This document shows, in pieces, positions 28,195-36,725 of a DNA stretch of 64,000 bases. This DNA comes from Actinomycetota bacterium (GTDB lineage: Bacteria; Actinomycetota; UBA4738; HRBIN12). The notes beneath the pieces are model-generated. The model was not told the origin of the DNA, made no database searches, and saw only the letters and a list, made by a program, of their open reading frames with translations. Location of the stretch: NCBI GenBank assembly GCA_035249905.1, contig DATFFT010000004.1:395-64394 (forward strand). Reading direction: 5' to 3'. A program made the translations under genes and the position numbers. Each line of letters starts with the position of its first letter. Positions within the stretch are counted from its first letter, which is position 1.

Positions 28195-29304
28195 TCAGGC
28201 GGCCTTGAACTCCCGCCAGACCTGCTGCCAGGCGTCGTAGTTCTCCGGGATCGTGTACGGGATCGCGTTGGCGAAGTTGCCGGGGTCCGCGAGTCCGGCC
28301 TCCTCGACCACGGTCTCCGACACCGCGTCCAGGGTCTCCTCGTTGGAGACGAGGTAGAAGAAGTTCTCTGCCTGCCATCCTTGCGTCTCGGGCTGAGCGT
28401 AGTGGTTGATCAGCGCGTACGCGGCGTCGACGTTCTCCGCGTTCGCCCCGATCGAATAGCCGCACGTCCACGTGAGCTGCCCCTCGCTCGCGAGCGAGTA
28501 CTCGACGGGTTCGCCGTCCTTCTGCAGGGTCTCGGTCGAGCCCTTGTACCCGGGCACGACCACGTCGATCTCACCCGACTTGAAGAGCTGGTACTGGTCG
28601 CTGTCCCCCTTGACGAGGCTCCGCAGCAACGGCTTCTTCTCGATCAGGAACTGCTTCACTTGCTCCAGCTCCGCGTCGTCGAGGTCCATCGGGTCCTCGA
28701 TGCCGAGCGCCATCGCCGAGAGCGCGATGCCCGAGAGCGGATCGTCGTCGAGCCCGATGCGCCCGGCGTAGGCCTCGTCGAACACGCTCGCGTACGAGTC
28801 GAAGCCTTCCGGCACCGCGTCGACGTTGTACATGATGCCGCTCGTGCCACCCACCATCGGCACGAGGTACACCTGCCCGTCGACCGTGACGCCCTCGAGG
28901 TCCTTGAAGGCCGGGAACATCGTGTCCCACGCGGGGATGCGACTCGTGTCGATCGGCTGCAACAGGCCGAGGTTCACCATGCGGACGGTGTCCTCGACGC
29001 ACACGTTGACGACGTCGGCCTGGAAGCCGCCCTGGAGCTTGGTGACGGTCTCGTCGCCGCTCGCGAACGCCGCGGTCCTCACATCGAGATCGGGGTTGGC
29101 CTGTTCGAACGGGTCGAGCAGGGCGGGCTCGAACGCGTCCTCGTATGCGAAGAACGTGAGCGAGCCGCTGACCGGACCGGCGCTCGCCCCCCCCTCGCCG
29201 CGGGCTGGCTGTTCGTCGGACGTGCCGTCGTCGCCGCACGCCGCGACGACGAGGGCGAGAGCCAGCACGGCCCCCACCGGATGGATCCAGGAACGGATCT
29301 TCAT
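28195..29304 (-). CDS. ABC transporter substrate-binding lipoprotein (PotD/PotF-like)
   Basis: Signal peptide plus lipobox MKIRSWIHPVGAVLALALVVAACGDD; SD GGAGGGGG. The upstream part of the track ORF is discarded. Confidence 0.88.
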   Translation of the reverse strand: MKIRSWIHPVGAVLALALVVAACGDDGTSDEQPARGEGGASAGPVSGSLTFFAYEDAFEPALLDPFEQANPDLDVRTAAFASGDETVTKLQGGFQADVVNVCVEDTVRMVNLGLLQPIDTSRIPAWDTMFPAFKDLEGVTVDGQVYLVPMVGGTSGIMYNVDAVPEGFDSYASVFDEAYAGRIGLDDDPLSGIALSAMALGIEDPMDLDDAELEQVKQFLIEKKPLLRSLVKGDSDQYQLFKSGEIDVVVPGYKGSTETLQKDGEPVEYSLASEGQLTWTCGYSIGANAENVDAAYALINHYAQPETQGWQAENFFYLVSNEETLDAVSETVVEEAGLADPGNFANAIPYTIPENYDAWQQVWREFKAA

Positions 29305-30455
29305 GTTGCCCCCTCCTTGGCTCGTGCGGGCTCGGCCGAGCCCAGCGATGCGGCGTCGGCGATCAACTCTGCGAAGACGCCAGCGCACCGCACGATCTCG
29401 CGCGCGTCGATGTGTTCGTCGGGCCTGTGGGCGGCCCGCAGATGGCCCGGCCCGAACACCGCGACCTCGGAGCCGCACCGGTCGTGGAAGCTGTGCGCGT
29501 CGGTCCAGGCCGGCATGCGGGTCAACCCGGGCGTCCGTTCGACCGCCCGTTCACTCGCCCGGACGATCGCCTCGACGAGCGGCGCGGAGGCCGGCGTCTC
29601 CCACCAGCCTCCCTGGTCGGTCACCTCGAACGTCGCACCGTGTGCACGACAGATCGACTCGACCTGCTTCCTGACCTCGTCGAGCGACGGCTCACCGAAC
29701 ACCCTGCAGGTGACGTAGAGCGATGCGTGATCGGGGATGGCGTTCATCGGCGCGGCGCTCTCGATGCGCTGGATCGTGACCGTGTTCCGCCCTGCCACCG
29801 GGTGATCGACGTCGGTCAGCGGGGCTTCGAGCAGGTCGAGCACCAACCTGGCCGCCTCCTCGATCGCGTTGTCCGCCTCCTCGGCGAGCGAACCGTGGAA
29901 CGAGGTCCCCCGGACCCGAGCCCATCCATCGACGAACCCGGTCTCGACCACCGCGACATCGAGCTCGGTCCCCTCCGACGCAACGACGAACCGAGGTCGC
30001 AGCTCGTCGGCGAGCGAGCGCGATCCCTTGCCGCCCACCTCCTCGTCGACGACGAATCCCAGCGCCACCGACGAGCCCTCGAGGTCGACCCCGGCCTCGC
30101 GGGCGAGCACGGCGCCGAGCAGGATCGCGACCGCGCAGCCCTTGTCGTCCTGGGCGCCGAGCCCCGACACCACCGTGCCGTCGACACGCGCCCGGTCGTT
30201 CCACTCCCAGACCGGATCGATCGTGTCGCCGTGAGCCGTCAGCAAGAGGTCGGGCGGAGTCGTGGCTCCGTCCCACCTCACGAGCACGTTCGGCCCCGCC
30301 CCCGGGATCGCATGCGTCGTCACGGGGAATCCGAGCTCCACGCATCGGCGCTCGAGGTAGGCCATCAGGTCGTGCTCATGGTTCGAGATCGAGCGGATCT
30401 CGATCTGACGCACGAGCTCATCGATGGCCCACGCGATCGCATCGCTCCCGTGCAT
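29301..30455 (-). CDS. M20 family metallopeptidase/deacylase (ArgE/DapE/ACY1-like)
   Basis: LLLTAHGDTIDP, GLGAQDDKGCAVAIL, VVDEEVGGKGS. ATGA overlap with the binding-protein gene. Confidence 0.88.
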   Translation of the reverse strand: MHGSDAIAWAIDELVRQIEIRSISNHEHDLMAYLERRCVELGFPVTTHAIPGAGPNVLVRWDGATTPPDLLLTAHGDTIDPVWEWNDRARVDGTVVSGLGAQDDKGCAVAILLGAVLAREAGVDLEGSSVALGFVVDEEVGGKGSRSLADELRPRFVVASEGTELDVAVVETGFVDGWARVRGTSFHGSLAEEADNAIEEAARLVLDLLEAPLTDVDHPVAGRNTVTIQRIESAAPMNAIPDHASLYVTCRVFGEPSLDEVRKQVESICRAHGATFEVTDQGGWWETPASAPLVEAIVRASERAVERTPGLTRMPAWTDAHSFHDRCGSEVAVFGPGHLRAAHRPDEHIDAREIVRCAGVFAELIADAASLGSAEPARAKEGAT

Positions 30456-30580
30456 CGATCTCCTCCCCGGGCGGCCCGATCAGCCCGAGGGTCGAGGGTG
30501 GAGGAACCGTCGACAGTCTGCAAGACAGGATGCGGTCGGAATCCAATACCCAGGGACATCGAATCTCACGGAATCCGCAA

Positions 30581-30599
30581 GCCTCCGAGGGCCGGAGGC
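30581..30599 (-). terminator. 7-bp GC hairpin just downstream of the Lrp gene stop
   Basis: GCCTCCG-N5-CGGAGGC, followed on the minus strand by TTGCGGATT. Confidence 0.3.
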
Positions 30600-30630
30600 C
30601 AGGAAACCGTCAGACGACGCGGCGTGGGGG

Positions 30631-31122
30631 CTAGCTCGATGCGAGCAGACGAGTCCACCGGTAGCTGTGCTTGGGAACGTCCAGGATCGCGAAGGTCTCG
30701 ATGCTGTCGACGCCGTTGGCGGTTCGCACGCTCTGCTCCAGCACCCGGAGCATGTGATCGTTGTCGAGGCAGACCACCTCGATCAGCAGGTCGAAAGAGC
30801 CCGTGCACACGGAGATGTAGTCGATCTCGGGCACCTTCTCGAGCTCGGCAACCACCCGCGCCACCGTGGTCCCGCGGACCCGAACCCCGACCTCGGCGAA
30901 CACGAGGCCGAGGGCGAGCGCGTCGGCGACGAGCACCACCTGGACCACGCCCCGACGGGTGAGTCGCGCGAATCGGCTCCGCACGGTTGCCTCGCTGAGT
31001 CCGAGGTTCCGTGCGATGGCGGCGAACGATCGCCTACCGTCTTCGTTCAGTTCCTCGATGATGCCGACGTCCGTCTCGTCGAGCACCTTGCGGAGTCGCT
31101 TTCCCTCGCCGCCCTCGGCCAT
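30631..31122 (-). CDS. Lrp/AsnC family transcriptional regulator
   Basis: LDETDVGIIEELNEDGRRSFAAIARNLGLSEATVRSRFARLTRRGVV, plus a C-terminal RAM/ACT-like domain. Confidence 0.92.
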   Translation of the reverse strand: MAEGGEGKRLRKVLDETDVGIIEELNEDGRRSFAAIARNLGLSEATVRSRFARLTRRGVVQVVLVADALALGLVFAEVGVRVRGTTVARVVAELEKVPEIDYISVCTGSFDLLIEVVCLDNDHMLRVLEQSVRTANGVDSIETFAILDVPKHSYRWTRLLASS

Positions 31123-31178
31123 CCCCGCAGACCCTAGCGGACGGCTAAGGTCGGAACCGACGACGGAGGGGAGGCGCG

Positions 31179-31535
31179 ATGAACCTGAACAGCGTCTTGA
31201 TCGGCTCGGAGGAGCCGAAGCGGCTGGCCGAGTACTACACGAAGCTGTTCGGCGAGCCCGGCTGGGATATGGACGGCTACGTCGGGTGGCAGGTGGGGTC
31301 TGGAGGGTTGACCGTCGGACCGCACGACCAGGTGCACGGCAAGAACGCCGAGCCGGGCCGGGTGATCTGGAACATCGAGACGACCGACGTCAAGGGAGAG
31401 TTCGACCGTCTGGTGGCGGCCGGGGCGATCGTGGTGCGTGAGCCGTACGACCCGGGCGAGGGGAGCGAGTACTCGATCTGCACGTTCGCCGATCCGGACG
31501 ACAACTACTTCCAGCTCGTCAGCCCGATGGAGTGA
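31179..31535 (+). CDS. VOC (glyoxalase/bleomycin-resistance fold) family protein
   Basis: MNLNSVLIGSEEPKRLAEYYTKLFG...CTFADPDDNYFQLVSP. Confidence 0.85.
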   Translation: MNLNSVLIGSEEPKRLAEYYTKLFGEPGWDMDGYVGWQVGSGGLTVGPHDQVHGKNAEPGRVIWNIETTDVKGEFDRLVAAGAIVVREPYDPGEGSEYSICTFADPDDNYFQLVSPME

Positions 31536-31571
31536 GCGGGAACGCCTGCAACGGGGCCGGGGGAAGCACCC

Positions 31572-32057
31572 ATGCCCAAGCGCAGCGCAGGACTCCTGCT
31601 GTATCGGCGGCGAGGCGGCGGCATCGAGGTGCTGCTGGTGCATCCCGGTGGCCCCTATTGGGCGAAGAGGGACGACGGCGCGTGGTCGGTGCCCAAGGGC
31701 GAGTACGCCGGCGACGAGGAGCCGTTCGAGGTGGCGATGCGCGAGTTCCGAGAGGAGCTCGGGACCGCGCCGCCCGAGATGGACACGGCCTTCTACCTGG
31801 GTGAGCGACGGCAGCCGAGCGGGAAGGTCGTGAACGTGTGGGCGGTCGAGGGCGACCTCGACGTCACGAACGTCGAGAGCAACTCGTTCGAGATGGAATG
31901 GCCGCCTCGGTCCGGCAGGACCGCCGAGTTCCCGGAGGTCGACCGCGCCGGCTGGTTCGACCCCGACGACGCCCGGCGGAAGCTGCTGCGCGGTCAGGTC
32001 CCGTTCATCGACCTGCTGATCGCCTCGCTGTCGGAGGCGGACCCTTCCTCGTCGTGA
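31572..32057 (+). CDS. NUDIX hydrolase
   Basis: Nudix box GEYAGDEEPFEVAMREFREELG. Confidence 0.9.
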   Translation: MPKRSAGLLLYRRRGGGIEVLLVHPGGPYWAKRDDGAWSVPKGEYAGDEEPFEVAMREFREELGTAPPEMDTAFYLGERRQPSGKVVNVWAVEGDLDVTNVESNSFEMEWPPRSGRTAEFPEVDRAGWFDPDDARRKLLRGQVPFIDLLIASLSEADPSSS

Positions 32058-32619
32058 TCGGGCGGGCGGCCTCGCCGAACGCCCGGACGCCCTGCTCCCA
32101 CGTAGCGTCGAGATCCGCATCGGGAGGGAAACGGCCGTCGAGCTCCAGGATCGACATGCCATGGGCGAACGCCCAGACCGCGCGCGCCCGAGGTTCGCTG
32201 CCCGCCGCCGTGACCACGGGTTCGGCGGCCCACGCCTCGAGGCCCTCGGGCAACAGGTCGCGGCGCAGCTCGCCCTCGGTCACGAGCCGGTACAGGTGCG
32301 GATGCTCGAGCGCCCACGCGCGGTAGGCGCGACCGAGCGCGCGCAGCTGCGTCGTCGTAGAGGTCCCGCGGGGCAACGCGTCCATCGCGCCGTGCCCGGC
32401 TCCTCCGAACCCACGGAAGGCCTCGGCGATCAGCAGGGCCGTCAACTCATCCTTGTCGGCGACGTGCTTGTAGAGCGACGGCGCACGTATGCCGACCCGC
32501 TCCGCGAGCGAGCGCATCGTCAGCCCGTCGGGACCTTCCGCCTCGAGGAGGTCGAGGGCGGCCTCGACGAGCTGACGGCGGCGTCCCGACTCCCCGGCCT
32601 CGACGCCGTGGGCCGTCAC
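32005..32619 (-). CDS. TetR/AcrR family transcriptional regulator
   Basis: GTG start; RRRQLVEAALDLLEAEGPDGLTMRSLAERVGIRAPSLYKHVADKDEL. GTGA overlap with the upstream SRPBCC gene, and a 53-nt convergent overlap with the NUDIX gene. Confidence 0.88.
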   Translation of the reverse strand: MTAHGVEAGESGRRRQLVEAALDLLEAEGPDGLTMRSLAERVGIRAPSLYKHVADKDELTALLIAEAFRGFGGAGHGAMDALPRGTSTTTQLRALGRAYRAWALEHPHLYRLVTEGELRRDLLPEGLEAWAAEPVVTAAGSEPRARAVWAFAHGMSILELDGRFPPDADLDATWEQGVRAFGEAARPITTRKGPPPTARRSAGR

Positions 32620-33077
32620 ATGCGGCTCCCGATCGCCTCGACCCGTTCGACCAGGGCGGCGTTCACGCGCTCGAACATGGCGACGGTGTCCACCTCGATC
32701 GAGCGTCTGAGGAAGGGCACCAGCAGACCGCGGAAACGCTCTGACTGCACGAACCGCACGCGGCCGGGCGCCTCCTCGTGGATCTCGAACCGATGCTCCC
32801 CGTCGAACAGCCCCGGCACGAACAGCCGCCCGAGCCACCGCAGCTCGCGTCCCGGTTCGGCCACGAGGACGGTCGGGCGCATCCGGATCGAACGGTCGCC
32901 CTTCAGCTTGAAACGGATGTCGAGCCTCGTGCCCTCCTCGGCGATGCCATCGACGGACACGAAGGCGGGGTTCCACTCCCGGTAGGCCTCGAAGTCGCTG
33001 AGCACCTTCCAGACCTGGTCGGGGGTCGCTTCCACCTGGATCTCGCTCCGGATCTCGTTCCTGGATCTCATCCCCAC
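32616..33077 (-). CDS. SRPBCC superfamily protein
   Basis: IQVEATPDQVWKVLSDFEAYREWNPAFVSV...GEHRFEIHEEAPGRVRFVQSERFRG. Confidence 0.85.
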   Translation of the reverse strand: MGMRSRNEIRSEIQVEATPDQVWKVLSDFEAYREWNPAFVSVDGIAEEGTRLDIRFKLKGDRSIRMRPTVLVAEPGRELRWLGRLFVPGLFDGEHRFEIHEEAPGRVRFVQSERFRGLLVPFLRRSIEVDTVAMFERVNAALVERVEAIGSRM

Positions 33078-33082
33078 CGCTC

Positions 33083-33170
33083 CTCTCGTTCGTTGACTGC
33101 TCGTCAGCTAACACGGTTAGCCTCAGGCTAGGCTAACAACGTTAGCTCGTCAACCCGAAGCGAACGAGAG
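33083..33170. promoter_or_regulatory. two GCTAAC-N3-GTTAGC palindromes nested inside a 10-bp outer inverted repeat (putative TetR operators)
   Basis: Palindromes at 33107-33121 and 33132-33146. Outer arms are CTCTCGTTCG (33083-33092) and CGAACGAGAG (33161-33170). The region lies between the SRPBCC-TetR operon and the divergent DNA ligase gene. Confidence 0.65.
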
Positions 33171-33181
33171 ACCCTTGCCGC

Positions 33182-34723
33182 ATGCAGCTCGAGGAGATCT
33201 GCCGCGCCTCGGCGGAGGTCGCGGCGACCCGCTCGCGACGGGCGAAGGTCGAGCGGCTCGCCTCGTGCCTCGCCGCGCTCACGCCGACGGAAGTCCCCAT
33301 CGCCGTCGCGTATCTCTCGGGAGCGCTCCCGCACGGATCGATCGGCGTGGGCTGGGCGTCGATCAAGGACGTGCCCACGCCGGCCGCACCTCCGGGAACC
33401 CTCGACATCGCAGAGGTCGACGCGATCCTGTGCCGTGTGGGCTCTCTCTCGGGCCCGGGCTCCCAGGCCGCCAGGCGCGAGGCGCTCCACGACCTGTTCG
33501 AACGGGCCACCGACCCCGAGCAGCGGTTCCTGCGGGGTCTGCTCACGGGCGAGATCCGGCAGGGCGCGCTCGAGGGTGTGATGGTCGACTCCGTCGCCAA
33601 GGGGGCGGCAGTGCCGATCCGAGAGGTCCGCCGTGCGGCGATGCTGGCCGGCGATCTCGGGAAGGTGGCCGCCGCCGCGATCGAGGGTGGCAGGGAAGCC
33701 CTGTCACGCTTCCGGCTCTCGCCGATGACCCCCGTGCAACCGATGCTTGCCCAGACGGCGGACGATGTGCCGGCGGCGTTCGAACGCATCAGCCCCGCTG
33801 CCGTCGAGTGGAAGCTCGACGGCGTCCGCATCCAGATCCATCGGCTCGGGGACGAGATCCGCGTCTTCACCCGGAACCTCGCCGACGTGACGCCGCGCGT
33901 GCCCGAGATCGTCGAGGCCATCCGCGACGTGCCCCTCACAGCGGTCGTGCTCGACGCCGAGGCGATCGCCCTCCGTGGTGACGGACGACCTCACCCATTC
34001 GGAGTGACGATGAGCCGCTTCGGAAGCAGGACCCGCGGCGACCTCGAGCACCTTCGCGCCGAGTTGCCGTTGCGAGCGTTCGCGTTCGACGCGCTCCACG
34101 TGGACGGCGAGGATCTGCTCGACCTGCCGGCGTGGGAGCGGTTCGCCGCGGTCGGGGCTCGGCTCCCCGAGACGATCCGCGTGCCCCGGATCGTGACCGA
34201 CGACGTCGGGGAAGCCGAGTCCTTCTTCGACGTCGCGCTCGCGCGGGGGCACGAGGGGGTGATGGTCAAGGCGCTCGACGCCGCGTACGAGGCAGGGCGT
34301 CGAGGCGCCGGCTGGCTGAAGGTCAAGCGAGCGCACACCCTCGATCTGGTCGTGCTGGCCGCCGAGTGGGGTCATGGCCGCCGACGAGGATGGCTCAGCA
34401 ACCTGCATCTGGGCGCTCGAGACCCCGCCGACGGCGGGTTCGTGATGCTGGGGAAGACGTTCAAGGGCATGACCGACGAGACGCTGGCGTGGCAGACCGA
34501 GCAGCTGCAGCGCATCGAGACGCACCGCGAGGGCATCACGGTCTCCGTCCGGCCGGAGCTCGTGGTCGAGATCGCGTTCGACGGGGTGCAGCGAAGCTCC
34601 CGATACCCCGGGGGAGTGGCCCTGCGATTCGCACGGCTGAAGGGCTACCGGCCCGACAAGTCGCCCGGCGACGCCGACACGATCGACACCGTGAGGGCGA
34701 TCCTTCAGCGCTCCGAGGGGTGA
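33182..34723 (+). CDS. ligB: ATP-dependent DNA ligase (three-domain LigB type)
   Basis: N-terminal DNA-binding domain, adenylation motif I EWKLDGVR, motif V/VI region GVMVKALDAAYEAGRRGAGWLKVK, and an OB domain. 513 aa. Confidence 0.9.
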   Translation: MQLEEICRASAEVAATRSRRAKVERLASCLAALTPTEVPIAVAYLSGALPHGSIGVGWASIKDVPTPAAPPGTLDIAEVDAILCRVGSLSGPGSQAARREALHDLFERATDPEQRFLRGLLTGEIRQGALEGVMVDSVAKGAAVPIREVRRAAMLAGDLGKVAAAAIEGGREALSRFRLSPMTPVQPMLAQTADDVPAAFERISPAAVEWKLDGVRIQIHRLGDEIRVFTRNLADVTPRVPEIVEAIRDVPLTAVVLDAEAIALRGDGRPHPFGVTMSRFGSRTRGDLEHLRAELPLRAFAFDALHVDGEDLLDLPAWERFAAVGARLPETIRVPRIVTDDVGEAESFFDVALARGHEGVMVKALDAAYEAGRRGAGWLKVKRAHTLDLVVLAAEWGHGRRRGWLSNLHLGARDPADGGFVMLGKTFKGMTDETLAWQTEQLQRIETHREGITVSVRPELVVEIAFDGVQRSSRYPGGVALRFARLKGYRPDKSPGDADTIDTVRAILQRSEG

Positions 34724-34735
34724 GGACCCGGCTCC

Positions 34736-35125
34736 TCAGGTCGTGGTCGTCTCCCACAACCCCATCACGTTGCCTTCCGGATCCTCGAAGTAGGCGAATG
34801 CACCCATGCCGGGGATCTCGGTCCTCGACGTCACCGTCTTGCCGCCGGCGGCTTCGATCTGCTGCAGGGCGCCGCCGATCTCGTCGACGTCGACCGTGAT
34901 GACGGGGGCCGGCAGCCGATCGGACCGATCGAACAAGCCGCCGTTGATCGCCCCGGGCTCGGTCGGCAGCTGGGTCTGCTCGTCCACCGGCGTCGTCGTG
35001 ACGATCGTGTATCCGGACTCGCCCATCGACATCGTCTGGAGCTGCCAGCCGAAGACCGAGCCGTAGAAGTCCTTGGCTCGTTCGACGTCGTCGGCCGGGA
35101 TCTCGAAATGCACCACCTTGCGCAT
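34736..35125 (-). CDS. VOC family protein
   Basis: MRKVVHFEIPADDVERAKDFYGSVFGWQ...FAYFEDPEGNVMGLWE. SD GGAAGGAGG. Confidence 0.88.
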   Translation of the reverse strand: MRKVVHFEIPADDVERAKDFYGSVFGWQLQTMSMGESGYTIVTTTPVDEQTQLPTEPGAINGGLFDRSDRLPAPVITVDVDEIGGALQQIEAAGGKTVTSRTEIPGMGAFAYFEDPEGNVMGLWETTTT

Positions 35126-35283
35126 CTCCGTTCCTCCTTCCCGAGCATGCGCGACGACCGCGCTGCGCTCCATGTTCGTTGTGTGCTCACCGAAGCGCTA
35201 CCCCGCCGTGACTTGAGTGCATTTCCTCGGCGACACACCGTGGCCCGAGACTCCCTCCTTCACCGCTGTACTTCCACCCGGCG

Positions 35284-35886
35284 TCATGCATCGGTGCCTC
35301 GGACATAGGCGAGGACCCCTTCGAGCGGACGAGGCACCTTGGACGGTTCCAGGGCCTCGACGAGGGCCGGAGCGGATCGGATCTTCCGGCCACGATAGGT
35401 GCCGAAGAAGCGCCGGAGCTGCTCCTCGGCGCTCCGGCCTCGCCACTCGACCTGCCGCTGGAAGGTCCGGAACGAACCGAGCTCTCCCTGCGCCTCGACC
35501 ACCCGTTCCACTGCGGCGACGCCGAGGGAACGGATCAGCTCGTCCTCGAGGTCGTCGACGCACACGAAGAAGCCGAGTCGTTCCATGCCGTCGCGCGTCA
35601 GGCGGGAGCCCAGGCCGATCCGTTCGAGCCCGTCCCGGAAGTCCGCCTCCTGCGCAGCGTCACAGAGCCCCGCCAGCCGCACGTCGAGACCCCGAGGGCC
35701 GAACGTCTCCAGGAACCGCGTGATGTTCTTCGAGCCCCCGATCGACACGATCGACACCCCTTCGGCCTCGAGGTTCTGTCCTCGACGCTCGGCGAGCGCC
35801 TCGATCGCGCGCTGGTCACTGATCCCTTCGACGAGCGCGGCCGCGACGGTGGAACGCACGCTCACCTCGCCCGACGTCACGCCCAT
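35284..35886 (-). CDS. stand-alone TOPRIM (OLD-nuclease-type) domain protein
   Basis: AALVEGISDQRAIEALAERRGQNLEAEGVSIVSIGGSKNITRFLETFG..LAGLCDAAQE..FFVCVDDLEDELI. No ATPase domain is present in the ORF or adjacent to it. Confidence 0.7.
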   Translation of the reverse strand: MGVTSGEVSVRSTVAAALVEGISDQRAIEALAERRGQNLEAEGVSIVSIGGSKNITRFLETFGPRGLDVRLAGLCDAAQEADFRDGLERIGLGSRLTRDGMERLGFFVCVDDLEDELIRSLGVAAVERVVEAQGELGSFRTFQRQVEWRGRSAEEQLRRFFGTYRGRKIRSAPALVEALEPSKVPRPLEGVLAYVRGTDA

Positions 35887-35939
35887 CTCGCCACCGTACC
35901 GGCGGTCCGGGCGTTCGGTCCGTCGAGGGCGCCCGTCGG

Positions 35940-36725
35940 TCAGACGCGGCGGCGGTAACGAGCGATCGCCAGCGGCGCGAACACCGCGACGATCGCGGCC
36001 AGCCAGATCAACGATTCGATCACCGGGCGAGCGACCGGACCGCCGAGCATCAGGCCTCGCGCGGCATCGATCGCCGCGGTGACCGGGTTCGCGTTGGCGA
36101 TGGGCTGCAGCCACCCGGGCATGGTCTCGACGGGCACGAACGCAGAGCTCGCGAACGTGAGCGGCAGGATGATCATGAAGCCCCACGTGTTCACCGACTC
36201 CGTGCTACGAGCCGTGATGCCGATGAACGCCATCGGCCAGCACATCGAGAGCCCGAACGCCGTGACCAGCGCGAGCGCTCCCACCGCGCCGGCAGCACCG
36301 CCACCGAACCGGAACCCGAGCAACACCGCGAAGCCGGTGATGATCAGGACGCTCCAGATGATGCGCACGCCGTCGGCGAGGATGCGTCCGCCGATCACCG
36401 AGGATCGAGCCATCGGCAACGAGCGGAAGCGGTCGATCACCCCTCGCTGGAAGTCGGTGTTCAGCGCGAGCGCCGTCGTGAACGGCAAGAAGGCCACGGA
36501 CTGCACGAGGATGCCGGGCAGCGCGAACTGCAGGTATTCCTTGCTCGACCCCGCGATCGCCCCGCCGAACACATAGACGAACAGCACGAGGAACATCAAC
36601 GGCTGGATCGACATCTCCACGAGCTGTTCCGGCGTGGCCTTGATGTGCAGCAGGTTCCGACGGGCGATCGTCAGCGTGTTGCTGACCACGTTGCCATGCC
36701 CGACATCGACGCTCGCGGTGCTCAT
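35940..36725 (-). CDS. ABC-2 type transporter permease (DrrB-like)
   Basis: TLTIARRNLLHIKATPEQLVEMSIQPLMFLVLFVYVFGG...; 6 TM. ATGA overlap with the ATPase gene. Confidence 0.88.
   Translation of the reverse strand: MSTASVDVGHGNVVSNTLTIARRNLLHIKATPEQLVEMSIQPLMFLVLFVYVFGGAIAGSSKEYLQFALPGILVQSVAFLPFTTALALNTDFQRGVIDRFRSLPMARSSVIGGRILADGVRIIWSVLIITGFAVLLGFRFGGGAAGAVGALALVTAFGLSMCWPMAFIGITARSTESVNTWGFMIILPLTFASSAFVPVETMPGWLQPIANANPVTAAIDAARGLMLGGPVARPVIESLIWLAAIVAVFAPLAIARYRRRV

Noticed and set aside
27094-29718. 874-aa plus-strand ORF, the longest in this region
   Set aside because: It lies antisense to the well-supported permease, binding-protein and M20 genes. The translation is Arg/Asp/His/Gly-rich low complexity with no recognisable motif. 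It is a typical high-GC shadow ORF.
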